A DNA stretch of 54,047 nt from a bacterium (GTDB lineage: Bacteria > Bacillota_I > Bacilli_A > RF39 > UBA660). Position 1 is the stretch's first letter. Each line of letters opens with the position of its first letter. Under the pieces are notes generated by a model, which ran no database searches, was not told where the DNA came from, and worked only from the letters and a program-made list of their open reading frames with translations. Shown here piece after piece: positions 40,940 to 50,712 of this stretch. The translations under genes were made by a program, and so were the position numbers. The stretch is from the NCBI GenBank assembly GCA_029218465.1, contig JAQXRJ010000022.1:1-54047 (forward strand), in the 5' to 3' direction.

Positions 40940-41046
40940 AAAAACTCCTTAACAAAAATATTTTAGCAAATTTCTAAAAAAAAGTCATTATCATTATATG
41001 AATAAAATTAAAATATAAAAATAAAAAAAGCCACTAAACAGTGGAA

Positions 41047-41166
41047 CTAAACTAATTTTTTACGACCTTTTTTTCTTCGTCTATTAATTATATTTTTTTC
41101 TAATTTAGCAAAAAAACCATGTTTTTTAGCTTTTTTTCTATTATTTGGTTGAAAAGTTCTTTTCAT
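41047..41166 (-). CDS. rpmH: 50S ribosomal protein L34 (short, 39 aa; not in the ORF track)
   Basis: Hand translation of the minus strand gives [46 protein letters not shown] lies upstream of the ATG at 41166. Confidence 0.85.
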   Translation of the reverse strand: MKRTFQPNNRKKAKKHGFFAKLEKNIINRRRKKGRKKLV

Positions 41167-41478
41167 GATAACACCTCCAAAATAAAATCTACATTATTAT
41201 AAAAGCATTTTTGTTCATTTGTCAAATAATTTTTTTAATTTTTAAAATATTTCAACAAAATTCACACATATGTGGAAAAAATAAATACATGTTGTTATTT
41301 AAAATTTGTGGAAAATGTGGAAAATAAATAAATTATTTAATACATATACAAATAAATTGTGAATTTTTCTGTTAATATCCTGTTGAAAAAAATATTTTCT
41401 ATTTTTAATCTTTATTTTTTCAACAACATAAGTTACAATAATTTTAGATTTTAATTCTTTATCAGGGGCGGTGGTATT
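41167..41478. other. oriC upstream module (rpmH-dnaA spacer) with DnaA boxes and an AT-rich unwinding region
   Basis: The gene-orientation switch occurs here. TGTGGAAAA (one mismatch to TGTGGATAA) is found at 41271-41279, 41307-41315 and 41316-41324. A nearly pure A/T tract spans 41380-41460. Confidence 0.8.
41271..41324. repeat. three DnaA-box variants TGTGGAAAA, two of them directly abutting
   Basis: Exact 9-mers at 41271, 41307 and 41316. A weaker TGTGAATTT lies at 41358. Confidence 0.75.
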
Positions 41479-42843
41479 ATGAATGAGGTTGAAATATGGA
41501 ATTCAGTATTAAAAAATATAAAAGATGATATTAATTCGTTATCATTTGAAACATGGTTTGAAGATACTGAATTATATAACCTTAACAATTCTATAGCAAA
41601 AATTATAGTTCCATACGCAATTCATAAAAATCACATAATGAATAATTATAAAGATTTAATAATTGATAATTTAAACAAAATAACTGGTAATATTTATGAT
41701 TTAGAATTACTTTTAAAAGAAGATATTGTTGATGAAAAAAAATATAATAAATTTGATGAAATAAATAATGACACAAATAAAAATATTATTACTAACTTTG
41801 AATCAAATTTAAATACAAAATATACATTTGAAAATTTCATTGTAGGAAATAGTAACAAATTTGCACATGCTGCAGCATTATCTGTTGCAGAAAATCCAGG
41901 AAAAATGTATAATCCATTATTTATATATGGAAATAGTGGATTAGGAAAAACTCATCTGATGCACGCAATAGGAAATTATATATTTAAAAATAGTAATAAA
42001 AAAGTATTATATGTAACAAGTGATCAATTTGTTTCAGATTTTATTGGAATAAATAAGAAAGATGAAAGTGGAACAAACTTTAGTTATGTAGAATTTTTTA
42101 AACAAAAATATAGAAATATAGATGTTTTAATAATTGATGATATACAATTTTTAGGTGGAGCAACTGAAACACAAAAAGAATTCTTTCATACATTTAATAA
42201 TCTATATGGAGACAATAAACAAATTATTATTTCATCAGATAGGTCACCAGATGATTTAAAAATTTTAGAAGATCGTTTAAGAACTAGATTTGGTTGGGGA
42301 TTATCAGTCGATATTTATCCACCAGACTTTGAACTTAGAATTGCAATCCTAAAAAAAAGAATAGTAGGCGAAGCAATAAATAAAGAAATTCCTGAAGAAG
42401 TAATTGAATATATGGCTACAAATTTAGGAAGCGATATTCGGCAACTTGAAGGAGCTGTAACAAGATTAGTTGCTTATTCAACAATTATGGGAGCAGAAAT
42501 TGATTTAAGTCTAGCAATTGAAGCTCTAAAAGATTATGTTAATAAAGGACTTAGTGAAAAAAATAATGTCAATAAAATTCAAAAAATTGTTTCAGAATAT
42601 TTTCAAATATCTGTTGAAGATTTAAAATCAAAAAAGAGAAATTCAAACATATCTTTTCCAAGGCAAATTGCAATGTACCTGTGTAGACAATTTACTGATG
42701 AATCATTTCCTAAAATAGGGATAGAATTTGGTGGAAAAGATCATTCAACAGTTATGCATTCATGTGAAAAAATAGAAAAAGAAATAAAAATTAATAAGGA
42801 TTTAGCAAAAACAATAGAAGAATTAAAAAAAGATATTCACTGA
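41479..42843 (+). CDS. dnaA: chromosomal replication initiator protein DnaA
   Basis: AAA+ Walker A GNSGLGKTHL, Walker B IIDDIQFL, and the C-terminal DNA-binding helix (FGGKDHSTVMHSCEKI). Confidence 0.95.
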   Translation: MNEVEIWNSVLKNIKDDINSLSFETWFEDTELYNLNNSIAKIIVPYAIHKNHIMNNYKDLIIDNLNKITGNIYDLELLLKEDIVDEKKYNKFDEINNDTNKNIITNFESNLNTKYTFENFIVGNSNKFAHAAALSVAENPGKMYNPLFIYGNSGLGKTHLMHAIGNYIFKNSNKKVLYVTSDQFVSDFIGINKKDESGTNFSYVEFFKQKYRNIDVLIIDDIQFLGGATETQKEFFHTFNNLYGDNKQIIISSDRSPDDLKILEDRLRTRFGWGLSVDIYPPDFELRIAILKKRIVGEAINKEIPEEVIEYMATNLGSDIRQLEGAVTRLVAYSTIMGAEIDLSLAIEALKDYVNKGLSEKNNVNKIQKIVSEYFQISVEDLKSKKRNSNISFPRQIAMYLCRQFTDESFPKIGIEFGGKDHSTVMHSCEKIEKEIKINKDLAKTIEELKKDIH

Positions 42844-42883
42844 ATTTTCACTTAATTATTAATAAAAAATAATTATTAACATA

Positions 42884-42944
42884 TTTTCCACAGGATTAGT
42901 TAATAAAAATACATGATATATTTTAAAAAAAAGAGTTTTACACA
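42884..42944. repeat. DnaA boxes in the dnaA-dnaN spacer (second oriC module)
   Basis: TTTTCCACA at 42884-42892 (the same variant, in opposite orientation) and TTTTACACA at 42936-42944. Confidence 0.55.
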
Positions 42945-42993
42945 GTTTCAACTGTAATAATAACAATAAATAAAAAAGAAAGAAGGAATTATA

Positions 42994-44118
42994 ATGAAAA
43001 TTAAAATAAAAAAAGATTTATTATTAGAAGGTTTAAATAAAGTATCAAAAGCAATATCAACAAAGAATTTAATACCTATATTATCAGGAATAAAATTTGA
43101 TTTAACAAATAAAGGTTTAACTTTGACTGCATCAGATAATGATATAACTATTCAAACGTTTATACCTGTAGATAAAAATAATATGACAATAGAAGTAGAA
43201 GGAAGTATTATTATACAAGGAAAATATATATTAGATATTGTTAGAAAATTACCAGATGAATTTATAAATATAGAAGTTATAGATGAACTAAAGATACTTA
43301 TTTATGCAGAAAATAGCGAATTTAATTTAAATGGTATTAATAAAAAGGAATATCCAAATATAATATTAGAAAATAGTAAAAATTTTGTTAAAATTAGAAC
43401 TAAATTATTTAGAGCTATAATTAACCAAACTGTATTTGCAACTTCAAACGATGAATCACGTCCAATATTAACAGGAGTTAATTTTAAAATAGCAGGAAAC
43501 ATTTTAGAGTGCAGCGCTACAGATTCATATAGACTAGCAAAAAAACAAGTAACATTAAATGATAGCGCAACAGAAACATATAACGTAATTATACCTGGAA
43601 AAAATATAATTGAATTTACAAGGATAATATCAGATACTATTGATGAAATAGAAATTCATATTTTTAATAACAAAGTTTTATTTAAACATGGAAACATGTT
43701 ATTTCAAACTAGATTAATTAATGGTAAATTTCCAGAAATTAATAATTTGATACCAAAAGAATCAATTTTAAAAATTAAAGCTAGTTTAAGTGGTTTATAT
43801 GATGTAATAGATAGAGCAAGTATTTTAACATCAGATAAAGAAAAAAATATTGTTACTCTAGAAACAAACAATAATTTATTGATTGTAAAATCATCATCAG
43901 CAGAAATTGGAAGAGTAGAAGAAAAAATGAATATTGTAAAAGATAAAGAAGAAGATATAAAAATATCATTTAGTGCAAAATATATGATGGAAGCATTAAA
44001 ATCATTTGAAGGAGATACGGTAGAATTATCATTTGTAGGTGAAATAAAACCTATAATTATTAAAGACACAAATGATAAAAATTTAACGCAGTTAGTATTA
44101 CCAATAAGAACATATTAA
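42994..44118 (+). CDS. dnaN: DNA polymerase III beta sliding clamp
   Basis: 374 aa with a three-domain clamp pattern (LTASDNDITIQT, RPILTGVNF, ATDSYRLA, LVLPIRTY end). Synteny after dnaA. Confidence 0.93.
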   Translation: MKIKIKKDLLLEGLNKVSKAISTKNLIPILSGIKFDLTNKGLTLTASDNDITIQTFIPVDKNNMTIEVEGSIIIQGKYILDIVRKLPDEFINIEVIDELKILIYAENSEFNLNGINKKEYPNIILENSKNFVKIRTKLFRAIINQTVFATSNDESRPILTGVNFKIAGNILECSATDSYRLAKKQVTLNDSATETYNVIIPGKNIIEFTRIISDTIDEIEIHIFNNKVLFKHGNMLFQTRLINGKFPEINNLIPKESILKIKASLSGLYDVIDRASILTSDKEKNIVTLETNNNLLIVKSSSAEIGRVEEKMNIVKDKEEDIKISFSAKYMMEALKSFEGDTVELSFVGEIKPIIIKDTNDKNLTQLVLPIRTY

Positions 44119-44135
44119 AAAATGTTCTTTTTTTT
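44106..44135 (+). terminator. rho-independent terminator of dnaN, overlapping its stop codon
   Basis: Perfect 8-bp stem aagaacat/atgttctt, 8-nt loop, then tttttt. Confidence 0.65.
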
Positions 44136-44156
44136 ACATTTTTCGAGTTTTTTTAT

Positions 44157-44212
44157 AATTCGACATATTATGAGTAAATTCGACAATATTTAATGGTATA
44201 GTCAATTCGTAA
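44157..44212. repeat. three AATTCG(A/T)(C/A)A motifs in the comK upstream region, each at or next to a -10-like element
   Basis: aattcgaca at 44157-44165 overlaps TATAAT 44154-44159. A second aattcgaca is at 44177-44185. aattcgtaa at 44204-44212 follows TGgTATAGT at 44194-44202. Confidence 0.5.
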
Positions 44213-44271
44213 TTTTTAAAATTACAAATATTAAATAAATTCTAGAATTTTAATTATTCAAGGGGGAAAAA

Positions 44272-44733
44272 ATGAATTATTATGAAATTAATGAAGATAC
44301 TTTAGCTATTATTCCAATTGATATTAATAAAACTAAAGTAATTGAAAAAGAAACAGAATATATTATTGATAAAAAAGCTTATGATATAATGGATGAGAGT
44401 TGTATGTATTATGGTAGTAGTTATAAAGGAAGATTAAATGCTTCAAAAAATATACTAAATTGTTCATATAAATTACCTGTATTAATTGAAGAAACAAAAA
44501 ATTTAATATTTTTTCCAACAAAATCTACATTATTGGAAGAATGTAGTTGGATAAATTTTAATTTTGTAAAAAAAATCGAAAAACTAGAAAATAAAAGTAT
44601 AGTATATTTTACCAATAATAAAAGAGAAATATTCGATATATCTAAATTATCAATAGAAAATCAAATTTCTAGAGCCACAAGATTAGGCTATATAATTCAA
44701 AAAAGAATTAATTCAATGAAAAATAATTTATAA
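44272..44733 (+). CDS. comK: ComK-family competence transcription factor (short form)
   Basis: By-eye alignment to B. subtilis ComK: YEINEDTLAIIP vs YEVNGATIAVLP, DESCMYYGSSYKGR vs DRSCRFFGSSYAGR, IFFPTKS...CSWIN vs FLFPTLS...CGWIS, SIENQISRATRL vs SFENQVYRTAWL. Confidence 0.8.
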   Translation: MNYYEINEDTLAIIPIDINKTKVIEKETEYIIDKKAYDIMDESCMYYGSSYKGRLNASKNILNCSYKLPVLIEETKNLIFFPTKSTLLEECSWINFNFVKKIEKLENKSIVYFTNNKREIFDISKLSIENQISRATRLGYIIQKRINSMKNNL

Positions 44734-44765
44734 GTGAATTATAATAGTAAATTATAAAATAAAAA

Positions 44766-44800
44766 ATGTGAGTTTATTTTTCAAAACTTTCATTTTTTTT
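44766..44800 (+). terminator. rho-independent terminator after comK
   Basis: 10-bp stem atgtgagttt/aaactttcat (one mismatch, one G-U), 7-8-nt loop, then seven T. Confidence 0.6.
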
Positions 44801-44922
44801 AGTAATATAATTAATAAAAAATAATTAAAAAGCCTTTTTTTTGTGCCTATTTATGATATAATTAAATTGTATGTATAGGACTATTTAAAAAGGTATATGG
44901 GTGGTTATATGGTTTTTTTTAG

Positions 44923-46047
44923 GTGAAAATGATTATCAATCAAATATTTCTTAATAATTTTAGAAATTATAATAAAGTAAATATAAAATTTAATAAAAAT
45001 ATTAATATAATAATTGGTGATAACGCACAAGGAAAAACTAATATACTAGAATCCATATACTTTTTATCTTTAACAAAGTCTTATCGTACAAATGATGATT
45101 TTTTCTTAATAAAACAAGGTTCAGAATCATGTAAAATAACTGCTAAAATGAAAGATGAAAAAGTTCCTAAAAAAGTTGAAATAATTACTTACAAAAATAA
45201 AAAAAGATTATTTATAAATGGAAATCAAATAAAAAAAATATCTGATTATATTGGAATAATAAACGTTATTTTAATGTCACCAGAAGATGTAGAAATAATA
45301 AAAGGAACACCATCAGATAGAAGAAATTTATTAAATATAGAATTAAGCAAATTATCAAGAGAATATCTAAAAAAGTTAAATGAATATAACAAATTATTAA
45401 AGATGAGAAATGATTATTTAAAGCTTATTATGATAAATCATATTGCAGATTATAGATATTTAGATATAATAACAGATAATATAATAGATAGAGCAGTTTA
45501 TATATATTCTGAAAGAAAAAAAATTATTGATGTAATTAATAATAATATTTGTGATATTTTCGAAAATTTAACTAATATAAAAAATTTAATAATAAAATAT
45601 AAACCTAATATTGATATAAGTGAATATAGTATAGAAAATATCAAAAATGTTTTAAAAAATACATTTTATAAAAATAGACAAAAAGAAATAAATTTTGGAA
45701 TAACAATGTATGGCCCACATAGAGATGACTTTGAATTTGATATTGGACAAAATGATATTAAATATTTTGGATCTCAAGGACAACAAAAATTAGCTATAAT
45801 TTCATTAAAAATATCTTTAATTAAAGTATTTCAACAAAATATAAATCAAACTCCAATTTTGCTTTTAGATGATATATTTAGTGAATTAGATAGAAAAAAG
45901 AAAAATAAACTTATTAATTATATTAATGAAGCTGGTCAAGTAATTATTACAACAAATGACATTAGAGATATAAATAAGAAAAAGTTAAAAAATACAAAAG
46001 TTTTTGAAATAAAAAATAATGTAATAGAGGAAAAAGGTGATATTTAA
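44923..46047 (+). CDS. recF: DNA replication and repair protein RecF
   Basis: Walker [13 protein letters not shown], signature-like FGSQGQQKL, Walker [13 protein letters not shown]. The start is ambiguous (GTG at 44923 or ATG at 44929). The stop overlaps the gyrB start (TAATG). Confidence 0.88.
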   Translation: MKMIINQIFLNNFRNYNKVNIKFNKNINIIIGDNAQGKTNILESIYFLSLTKSYRTNDDFFLIKQGSESCKITAKMKDEKVPKKVEIITYKNKKRLFINGNQIKKISDYIGIINVILMSPEDVEIIKGTPSDRRNLLNIELSKLSREYLKKLNEYNKLLKMRNDYLKLIMINHIADYRYLDIITDNIIDRAVYIYSERKKIIDVINNNICDIFENLTNIKNLIIKYKPNIDISEYSIENIKNVLKNTFYKNRQKEINFGITMYGPHRDDFEFDIGQNDIKYFGSQGQQKLAIISLKISLIKVFQQNINQTPILLLDDIFSELDRKKKNKLINYINEAGQVIITTNDIRDINKKKLKNTKVFEIKNNVIEEKGDI

Positions 46048-47969
46048 TGGCAAATGAAAATTATGACTCTTCTTCAATTCAAGTTTTAGAAGGATTAGAA
46101 GCAGTAAGAAAACGTCCAGGAATGTATATTGGAACAACGGATGTAAAAGGTTTACATCATTTAGTTTGGGAAATAGTAGATAATTCTATTGATGAAGCTC
46201 TTGCCGGCTATTGTAAAAATATAGAGGTAATTATTAACAAAGATAATTCTATAACAGTAAAAGATGATGGTCGTGGTATACCAACTGATATACATCCTAA
46301 AACAGGTAAGTCAACAGTTGAGACTGTTTATACTGTATTACACGCAGGGGGTAAGTTTGGTGGAGGAGGATACAAAGTATCCGGTGGACTTCATGGTGTA
46401 GGAGCAAGTGTAGTTAATGCTTTATCAACAAGGGTAGAAGTAAAAGTATATAAGAATGGCGAAGTAAATTATATAAAATTTGAAAATGGCGGTCACACAG
46501 TTGAACCGTTACATGTTATAGATAAATGTAGTATAGGTAGAACAGGGACAACAGTGACTTTTAAACCAGACCCAGATATATTTGATACAGATATATATGA
46601 TTATAATACACTAATGGTTAGAATACGTGAACTTGCTTTTTTAAATAAAGGATTATCACTTACATTAAGAGATGATAGAGATTTTGAAGATACTACTGGA
46701 GATAAATTTTTATATGAGGGTGGTATAAAGGAATATGTTAAGTTTATTAATTCGGAAAAAACACCGATACATGAAGATATTATTCATTTTGAAGGAGAAG
46801 AAGACAATGTGTTTTTTGAAGTAGCTATGCAATATAATACAAGTTATAATGAAAATATATACTCTTTTGTAAATAATATAAATACACATGATGGTGGAAC
46901 CCATGAAGAAGGTGTTAAAAGAGCATTAACAAGAGTAATAAATTCATATGCAAAAAAAAGTGGAATTTTAAAAGATAAAGATGAGTCTTTAACTGGTGAA
47001 GATGTAAAAGAGGGATTAACTATGATTATATCTTGTAAACATCCAAACCCACAATTTGAAGGACAAACTAAGGGAAGATTAGGAAATTCTGAAGTAAGAA
47101 AATTAGCTGATAGTGTTTTTTCTAGTGGATTTGAAAGATTCTTAATGGAAAATCCTGATTCAGCAAAATCAATAATAGAAAAAGCAATTCTTGCTTCACG
47201 TGCAAGAAACGCTGCAAAAAAAGCAAGAGAAATTACAAGAAAGAGTGATTTATCAATAACAAATTTTTATGGTAAATTATCAGATTGTAAGAGTAAAGAT
47301 CCAAAAATATCGGAAATATTTATTGTTGAGGGAGATTCTGCGGGTGGATCAGCAAAAAAAGGTAGAGACTCAATGACACAGGCAATACTTCCACTAAGAG
47401 GAAAGATTCTCAATGTTGAAAAATCAAGACTGGATAAGATTCTTGTCAATAATGAGATTAAAGCCATGATCACGGCTTTTGGTACAGGTATCCATGAAGA
47501 TTTTGATATCACCAAGCTGCGTTATCATAAGATTATCATCATGACGGATGCCGATGTGGATGGTGCCCATATCAGTACACTGCTTCTGACATTCCTTTAT
47601 CGTTTTATGCCGGATCTGATCCGTGAAGGTTATGTTTATCTTGCAAAGCCGCCGCTTTATAAGATTGAGCGAAACAAAAAGGAATGGTATGCTTACAGTG
47701 ATGATGAATTGAACGCGATCCTGACAGAGATCGGTCGTGATCAGAATAACAAGATCCAGCGTTACAAAGGTTTGGGTGAGATGGATGCGGAACAGCTTTG
47801 GGAGACAACCATGGACCCTGAAAGACGTATTCTGATGCGTGTTTCCATGGATGATGCTGAAAAAGTCAGCATCGATGAGACGTTCAGCGTCCTGATGGGT
47901 GACAAAGTTGAGCCGAGACGTGAATTTATAGAGAAGAATGCAAAATATGTCAGAAATCTGGATATATAG
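46047..47969 (+). CDS. gyrB: DNA gyrase subunit B (reading frame intact, but base composition changes at about 47.40 kb)
   Basis: GHKL ATPase ([26 protein letters not shown]), Toprim [10 protein letters not shown] and [11 protein letters not shown]. Codon style switches within the Toprim block. Confidence 0.93.
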   Translation: MANENYDSSSIQVLEGLEAVRKRPGMYIGTTDVKGLHHLVWEIVDNSIDEALAGYCKNIEVIINKDNSITVKDDGRGIPTDIHPKTGKSTVETVYTVLHAGGKFGGGGYKVSGGLHGVGASVVNALSTRVEVKVYKNGEVNYIKFENGGHTVEPLHVIDKCSIGRTGTTVTFKPDPDIFDTDIYDYNTLMVRIRELAFLNKGLSLTLRDDRDFEDTTGDKFLYEGGIKEYVKFINSEKTPIHEDIIHFEGEEDNVFFEVAMQYNTSYNENIYSFVNNINTHDGGTHEEGVKRALTRVINSYAKKSGILKDKDESLTGEDVKEGLTMIISCKHPNPQFEGQTKGRLGNSEVRKLADSVFSSGFERFLMENPDSAKSIIEKAILASRARNAAKKAREITRKSDLSITNFYGKLSDCKSKDPKISEIFIVEGDSAGGSAKKGRDSMTQAILPLRGKILNVEKSRLDKILVNNEIKAMITAFGTGIHEDFDITKLRYHKIIIMTDADVDGAHISTLLLTFLYRFMPDLIREGYVYLAKPPLYKIERNKKEWYAYSDDELNAILTEIGRDQNNKIQRYKGLGEMDAEQLWETTMDPERRILMRVSMDDAEKVSIDETFSVLMGDKVEPRREFIEKNAKYVRNLDI

Positions 47970-48004
47970 TAATGGTTCTGCGTTAAGAATTATGGAGGAA
48001 GAGA

Positions 48005-50554
48005 ATGGACGATAAGATTTTCGATAAGATCCATGAGGTCGATCTGAAGGAAAGAATGGAAACCTTCTATATCGACTATGCCATGAGCGTTATTGCATCC
48101 CGTGCTCTGCCGGATGTCCGAGACGGTTTGAAACCGGTACAGAGACGAATACTTTACGCAATGATAGAGCTGAATAATGGTCCTGACAAGCCGCATCGTA
48201 AATGTGCGCGTATTGTCGGTGATGCAATGGGTAAATATCATCCGCATGGTGATTCATCCATCTACGGTGCACTGGTCAATATGGCTCAGGACTGGTCAAC
48301 AAGATATCCGCTGGTAGATGGCCACGGCAACTTTGGCTCCATGGATGGCGACGGCGCCGCAGCCATGCGATACACTGAGGCACGTCTCAGCAGAATTTCC
48401 ATGGAAATGATGGCAGATATCAACAAGGACACTGTTGATTTTCAGCCGAACTTTGATGAGACAGAGAAAGAGCCGGTTGTACTGCCGTCCAGATATCCAA
48501 ATCTGCTGGTGAATGGTACAACAGGTATCGCTGTTGGTATGGCGACAAATATTCCGCCGCACAATTTGCGTGAAACCATTGACGGTGTTATCAAGATCAT
48601 TGATAATCGTGTGGAAGAAAATCGTGAGACAACCATCGAAGAACTGATGGAGATAATCAAGGGACCGGACTTCCCGACAGGTGCCATGATCCTTGGCAAA
48701 AACGGTATTAATCAGGCCTACCGTACCGGCCGCGGCAAATTAAAAGTAAGAGCAGTGACGGATATCGAGACAATGCCGAATGGCCGTCATCGTATTGTAG
48801 CCACAGAGCTGCCTTATATGGTCAACAAGGCAAAACTCATTGAAAAAATTGCCGAGCTGGTAAAAGATAAACGGATTGAAGGGATTTCTGATCTTCGAGA
48901 TGAATCCAGCCGTGAAGGCCTTCGTGTCGTGATTGAACTGAAAAAGGATGCTAATCCGAATGTTGTACTGAACCAGCTGTATAAACATACCCAGCTGCAG
49001 GATACGTATGGTGTGATCATGTTGGCGCTTGTCAATAATCAGCCGATGATCCTGAATCTGAAACAGATGCTTGAACTGTATCTGAAGCATCAGGAAGAAG
49101 TTGTGACACGAAGAACGCGTTTTGAATTAAATAAAGCGGAAGAACGTGCACATATTTTACAGGGCTTATTAATTGCTCTTGACCATATTGATGAGGTTAT
49201 CAGCATTATCCGTTCATCGAAAAATGTTGCAGAGGCCAAAACACGGCTGATGGAAACATTTGGTCTGACTGAGGTTCAGGCTCAGGCCATCGTTGATATG
49301 CGTCTGAGAGCTTTGACAGGTCTGGAAAGAGAAAAGATTGAGAACGAATACAATGAACTGATGAAGCGAATCGGCGAATTAAAAGCAATCCTTGCGGATG
49401 AAAAACTGCTTCTCGGCGTGATCCGCGAAGAAATTAAGCTTATCCGTGATAAATATGGTGATGACAGAAAAACATCCCTGGGTGTGGATGATGACGAAAT
49501 TACTGTTGAAGATTTGATCAAACGCGAAAATACAGTCATTGCTATGACTCAGCTGGGGTATATTAAACGTATGACCATGGATAACTTCAGAAGTCAGAAC
49601 CGCGGTGGCCGAGGCATTAAAGGTATGACGAAGCTGGATGAAGACTGCATTACAGAGTTGATGATGGCAAACACCCATGATTATATTCTGTTCTTCACTA
49701 ATAAAGGCCGTGTATTCAGACTGAAAGGCTATGAGATTCCGGAGGCATCCCGTATTGCCAGAGGTACAGCACTGATCAATCTGCTGCAGCTTGAGCCGGG
49801 TGAAAAGGTAACAGCAACCATTCCGCTTGAAAAATATGAGAATGACAAATATCTTTTCATGGCTACAAAGAACGGTATGGTCAAGAAGACGTCTATCATG
49901 GAATACATCAATGTCCGTAAGACAGGCCTTCTGGCTATCGGTCTGCGTGAAGATGATGAACTGATCGAAGTTAAGGTAACAGATGAGTCTGATTTGATTT
50001 ATCTTGTTTCCCAGAAGGGTATGAGTATCTGCTTCAAGCAGGATAATGTTCGTGCAACAGGCCGTACTTCTATGGGCGTGATCGGCATGGATCTGGATGC
50101 GGATGATCTGATTGTCGGCATGCAGGTCAGCAGCCAGGGCGAAGCAGTGCTTATCGTATCCGAAAAAGGTCTCGGAAAGCGAACCATGCTGGAAGAATTT
50201 AATGTTCAGAATCGCGGCGGCAAGGGTCTTAAATGCTATAAGATCACAGATAAGACAGGTCTTGTTGTGGGCGCAAAATGTGTCAACGCAGAAGATGAGC
50301 TGATGATCATTACAACCGGCGGTATCATTATCCGTATGCCGGTAGAAGGCATTTCTATTTTGAAGCGTATCACTTCAGGGGTTAAACTGATCCAGCTGGA
50401 TGAAGGCTCTGTAGTTGCAAGTATTGCAAAGATCCGTGAAGATATGAAAGACGATGAGGAGACTTCAGACGAACAGTCAGAAGAGGCCGGGATGATAGAA
50501 GAAGTTTTAGAGACCGATTCAGTGGATAATTCTGAGGAAAATGAAACAGAATAG
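48005..50554 (+). CDS. gyrA: DNA gyrase subunit A
   Basis: [17 protein letters not shown], active-site [11 protein letters not shown]-terminal beta-pinwheel repeats and an acidic tail. Confidence 0.95.
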   Translation: MDDKIFDKIHEVDLKERMETFYIDYAMSVIASRALPDVRDGLKPVQRRILYAMIELNNGPDKPHRKCARIVGDAMGKYHPHGDSSIYGALVNMAQDWSTRYPLVDGHGNFGSMDGDGAAAMRYTEARLSRISMEMMADINKDTVDFQPNFDETEKEPVVLPSRYPNLLVNGTTGIAVGMATNIPPHNLRETIDGVIKIIDNRVEENRETTIEELMEIIKGPDFPTGAMILGKNGINQAYRTGRGKLKVRAVTDIETMPNGRHRIVATELPYMVNKAKLIEKIAELVKDKRIEGISDLRDESSREGLRVVIELKKDANPNVVLNQLYKHTQLQDTYGVIMLALVNNQPMILNLKQMLELYLKHQEEVVTRRTRFELNKAEERAHILQGLLIALDHIDEVISIIRSSKNVAEAKTRLMETFGLTEVQAQAIVDMRLRALTGLEREKIENEYNELMKRIGELKAILADEKLLLGVIREEIKLIRDKYGDDRKTSLGVDDDEITVEDLIKRENTVIAMTQLGYIKRMTMDNFRSQNRGGRGIKGMTKLDEDCITELMMANTHDYILFFTNKGRVFRLKGYEIPEASRIARGTALINLLQLEPGEKVTATIPLEKYENDKYLFMATKNGMVKKTSIMEYINVRKTGLLAIGLREDDELIEVKVTDESDLIYLVSQKGMSICFKQDNVRATGRTSMGVIGMDLDADDLIVGMQVSSQGEAVLIVSEKGLGKRTMLEEFNVQNRGGKGLKCYKITDKTGLVVGAKCVNAEDELMIITTGGIIIRMPVEGISILKRITSGVKLIQLDEGSVVASIAKIREDMKDDEETSDEQSEEAGMIEEVLETDSVDNSEENETE

Positions 50555-50613
50555 TTGGATGAATGGTTCTGATTGTGGATAAGTCCTCTGAAAAAAATCA
50601 GAAATGTGGAAAA

Positions 50614-50656
50614 AGGGCCGCAGCATCGTGAAAAAATGCTGCGGCCCTTTGTTTTT
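50614..50656 (+). terminator. strong rho-independent terminator between convergent gyrA and the CLC gene (potentially bidirectional)
   Basis: 13-bp perfect stem agggccgcagcat/atgctgcggccct, 9-nt loop, then ttgttttt. An A-run precedes it on the plus strand. Confidence 0.8.
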
Positions 50657-50712
50657 GGTATTAACAGTGAAAGCAAAGCATAGCATAGGCTGCCTTTGGA
50701 GATAATGGCTGA

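Noticed and set aside
41025-41046. Small hairpin CCACT-GUUU-AGUGG plus a U-run between rpmH and rnpA, as a possible terminator splitting the classic rpmH-rnpA operon.
   Set aside because: The stem is only 5 bp, so the predicted stability is too low to call. At most it is an attenuating or partial terminator.
44115-44271. ComK K-box-like AAAA-N5-TTTT elements (for example aaaatgttctttt at about 44117) upstream of comK, which would suggest autoregulation.
   Set aside because: A-tract/T-tract pairs of this kind are expected by chance every few dozen bp in DNA of about 75% A+T, so they carry no evidential weight here.
315-44615. Short nested or antisense ORFs in the AT-rich part. Examples: 315-506, 3705-3911, 4344-4559, 7014-7331, 8343-8618, 9219-9476, 17076-17324, 20006-20257, 28288-28500, 38221-38505, 43704-44069 and 44421-44615.
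   Set aside because: Each is embedded in a well-supported gene on the other strand or frame. Their translations are Phe/Ile/Leu/Ser-rich mirror products typical of AT-rich antisense frames. None has an SD.
47300-47520. Mobile-element or integrative-island boundary as the explanation for the composition switch.
   Set aside because: There is no integrase, transposase, tRNA attachment site, direct repeat or inverted repeat at the junction. The switch occurs inside an uninterrupted essential gene at its most conserved block. That points to assembly chimerism or homologous exchange, not site-specific insertion.
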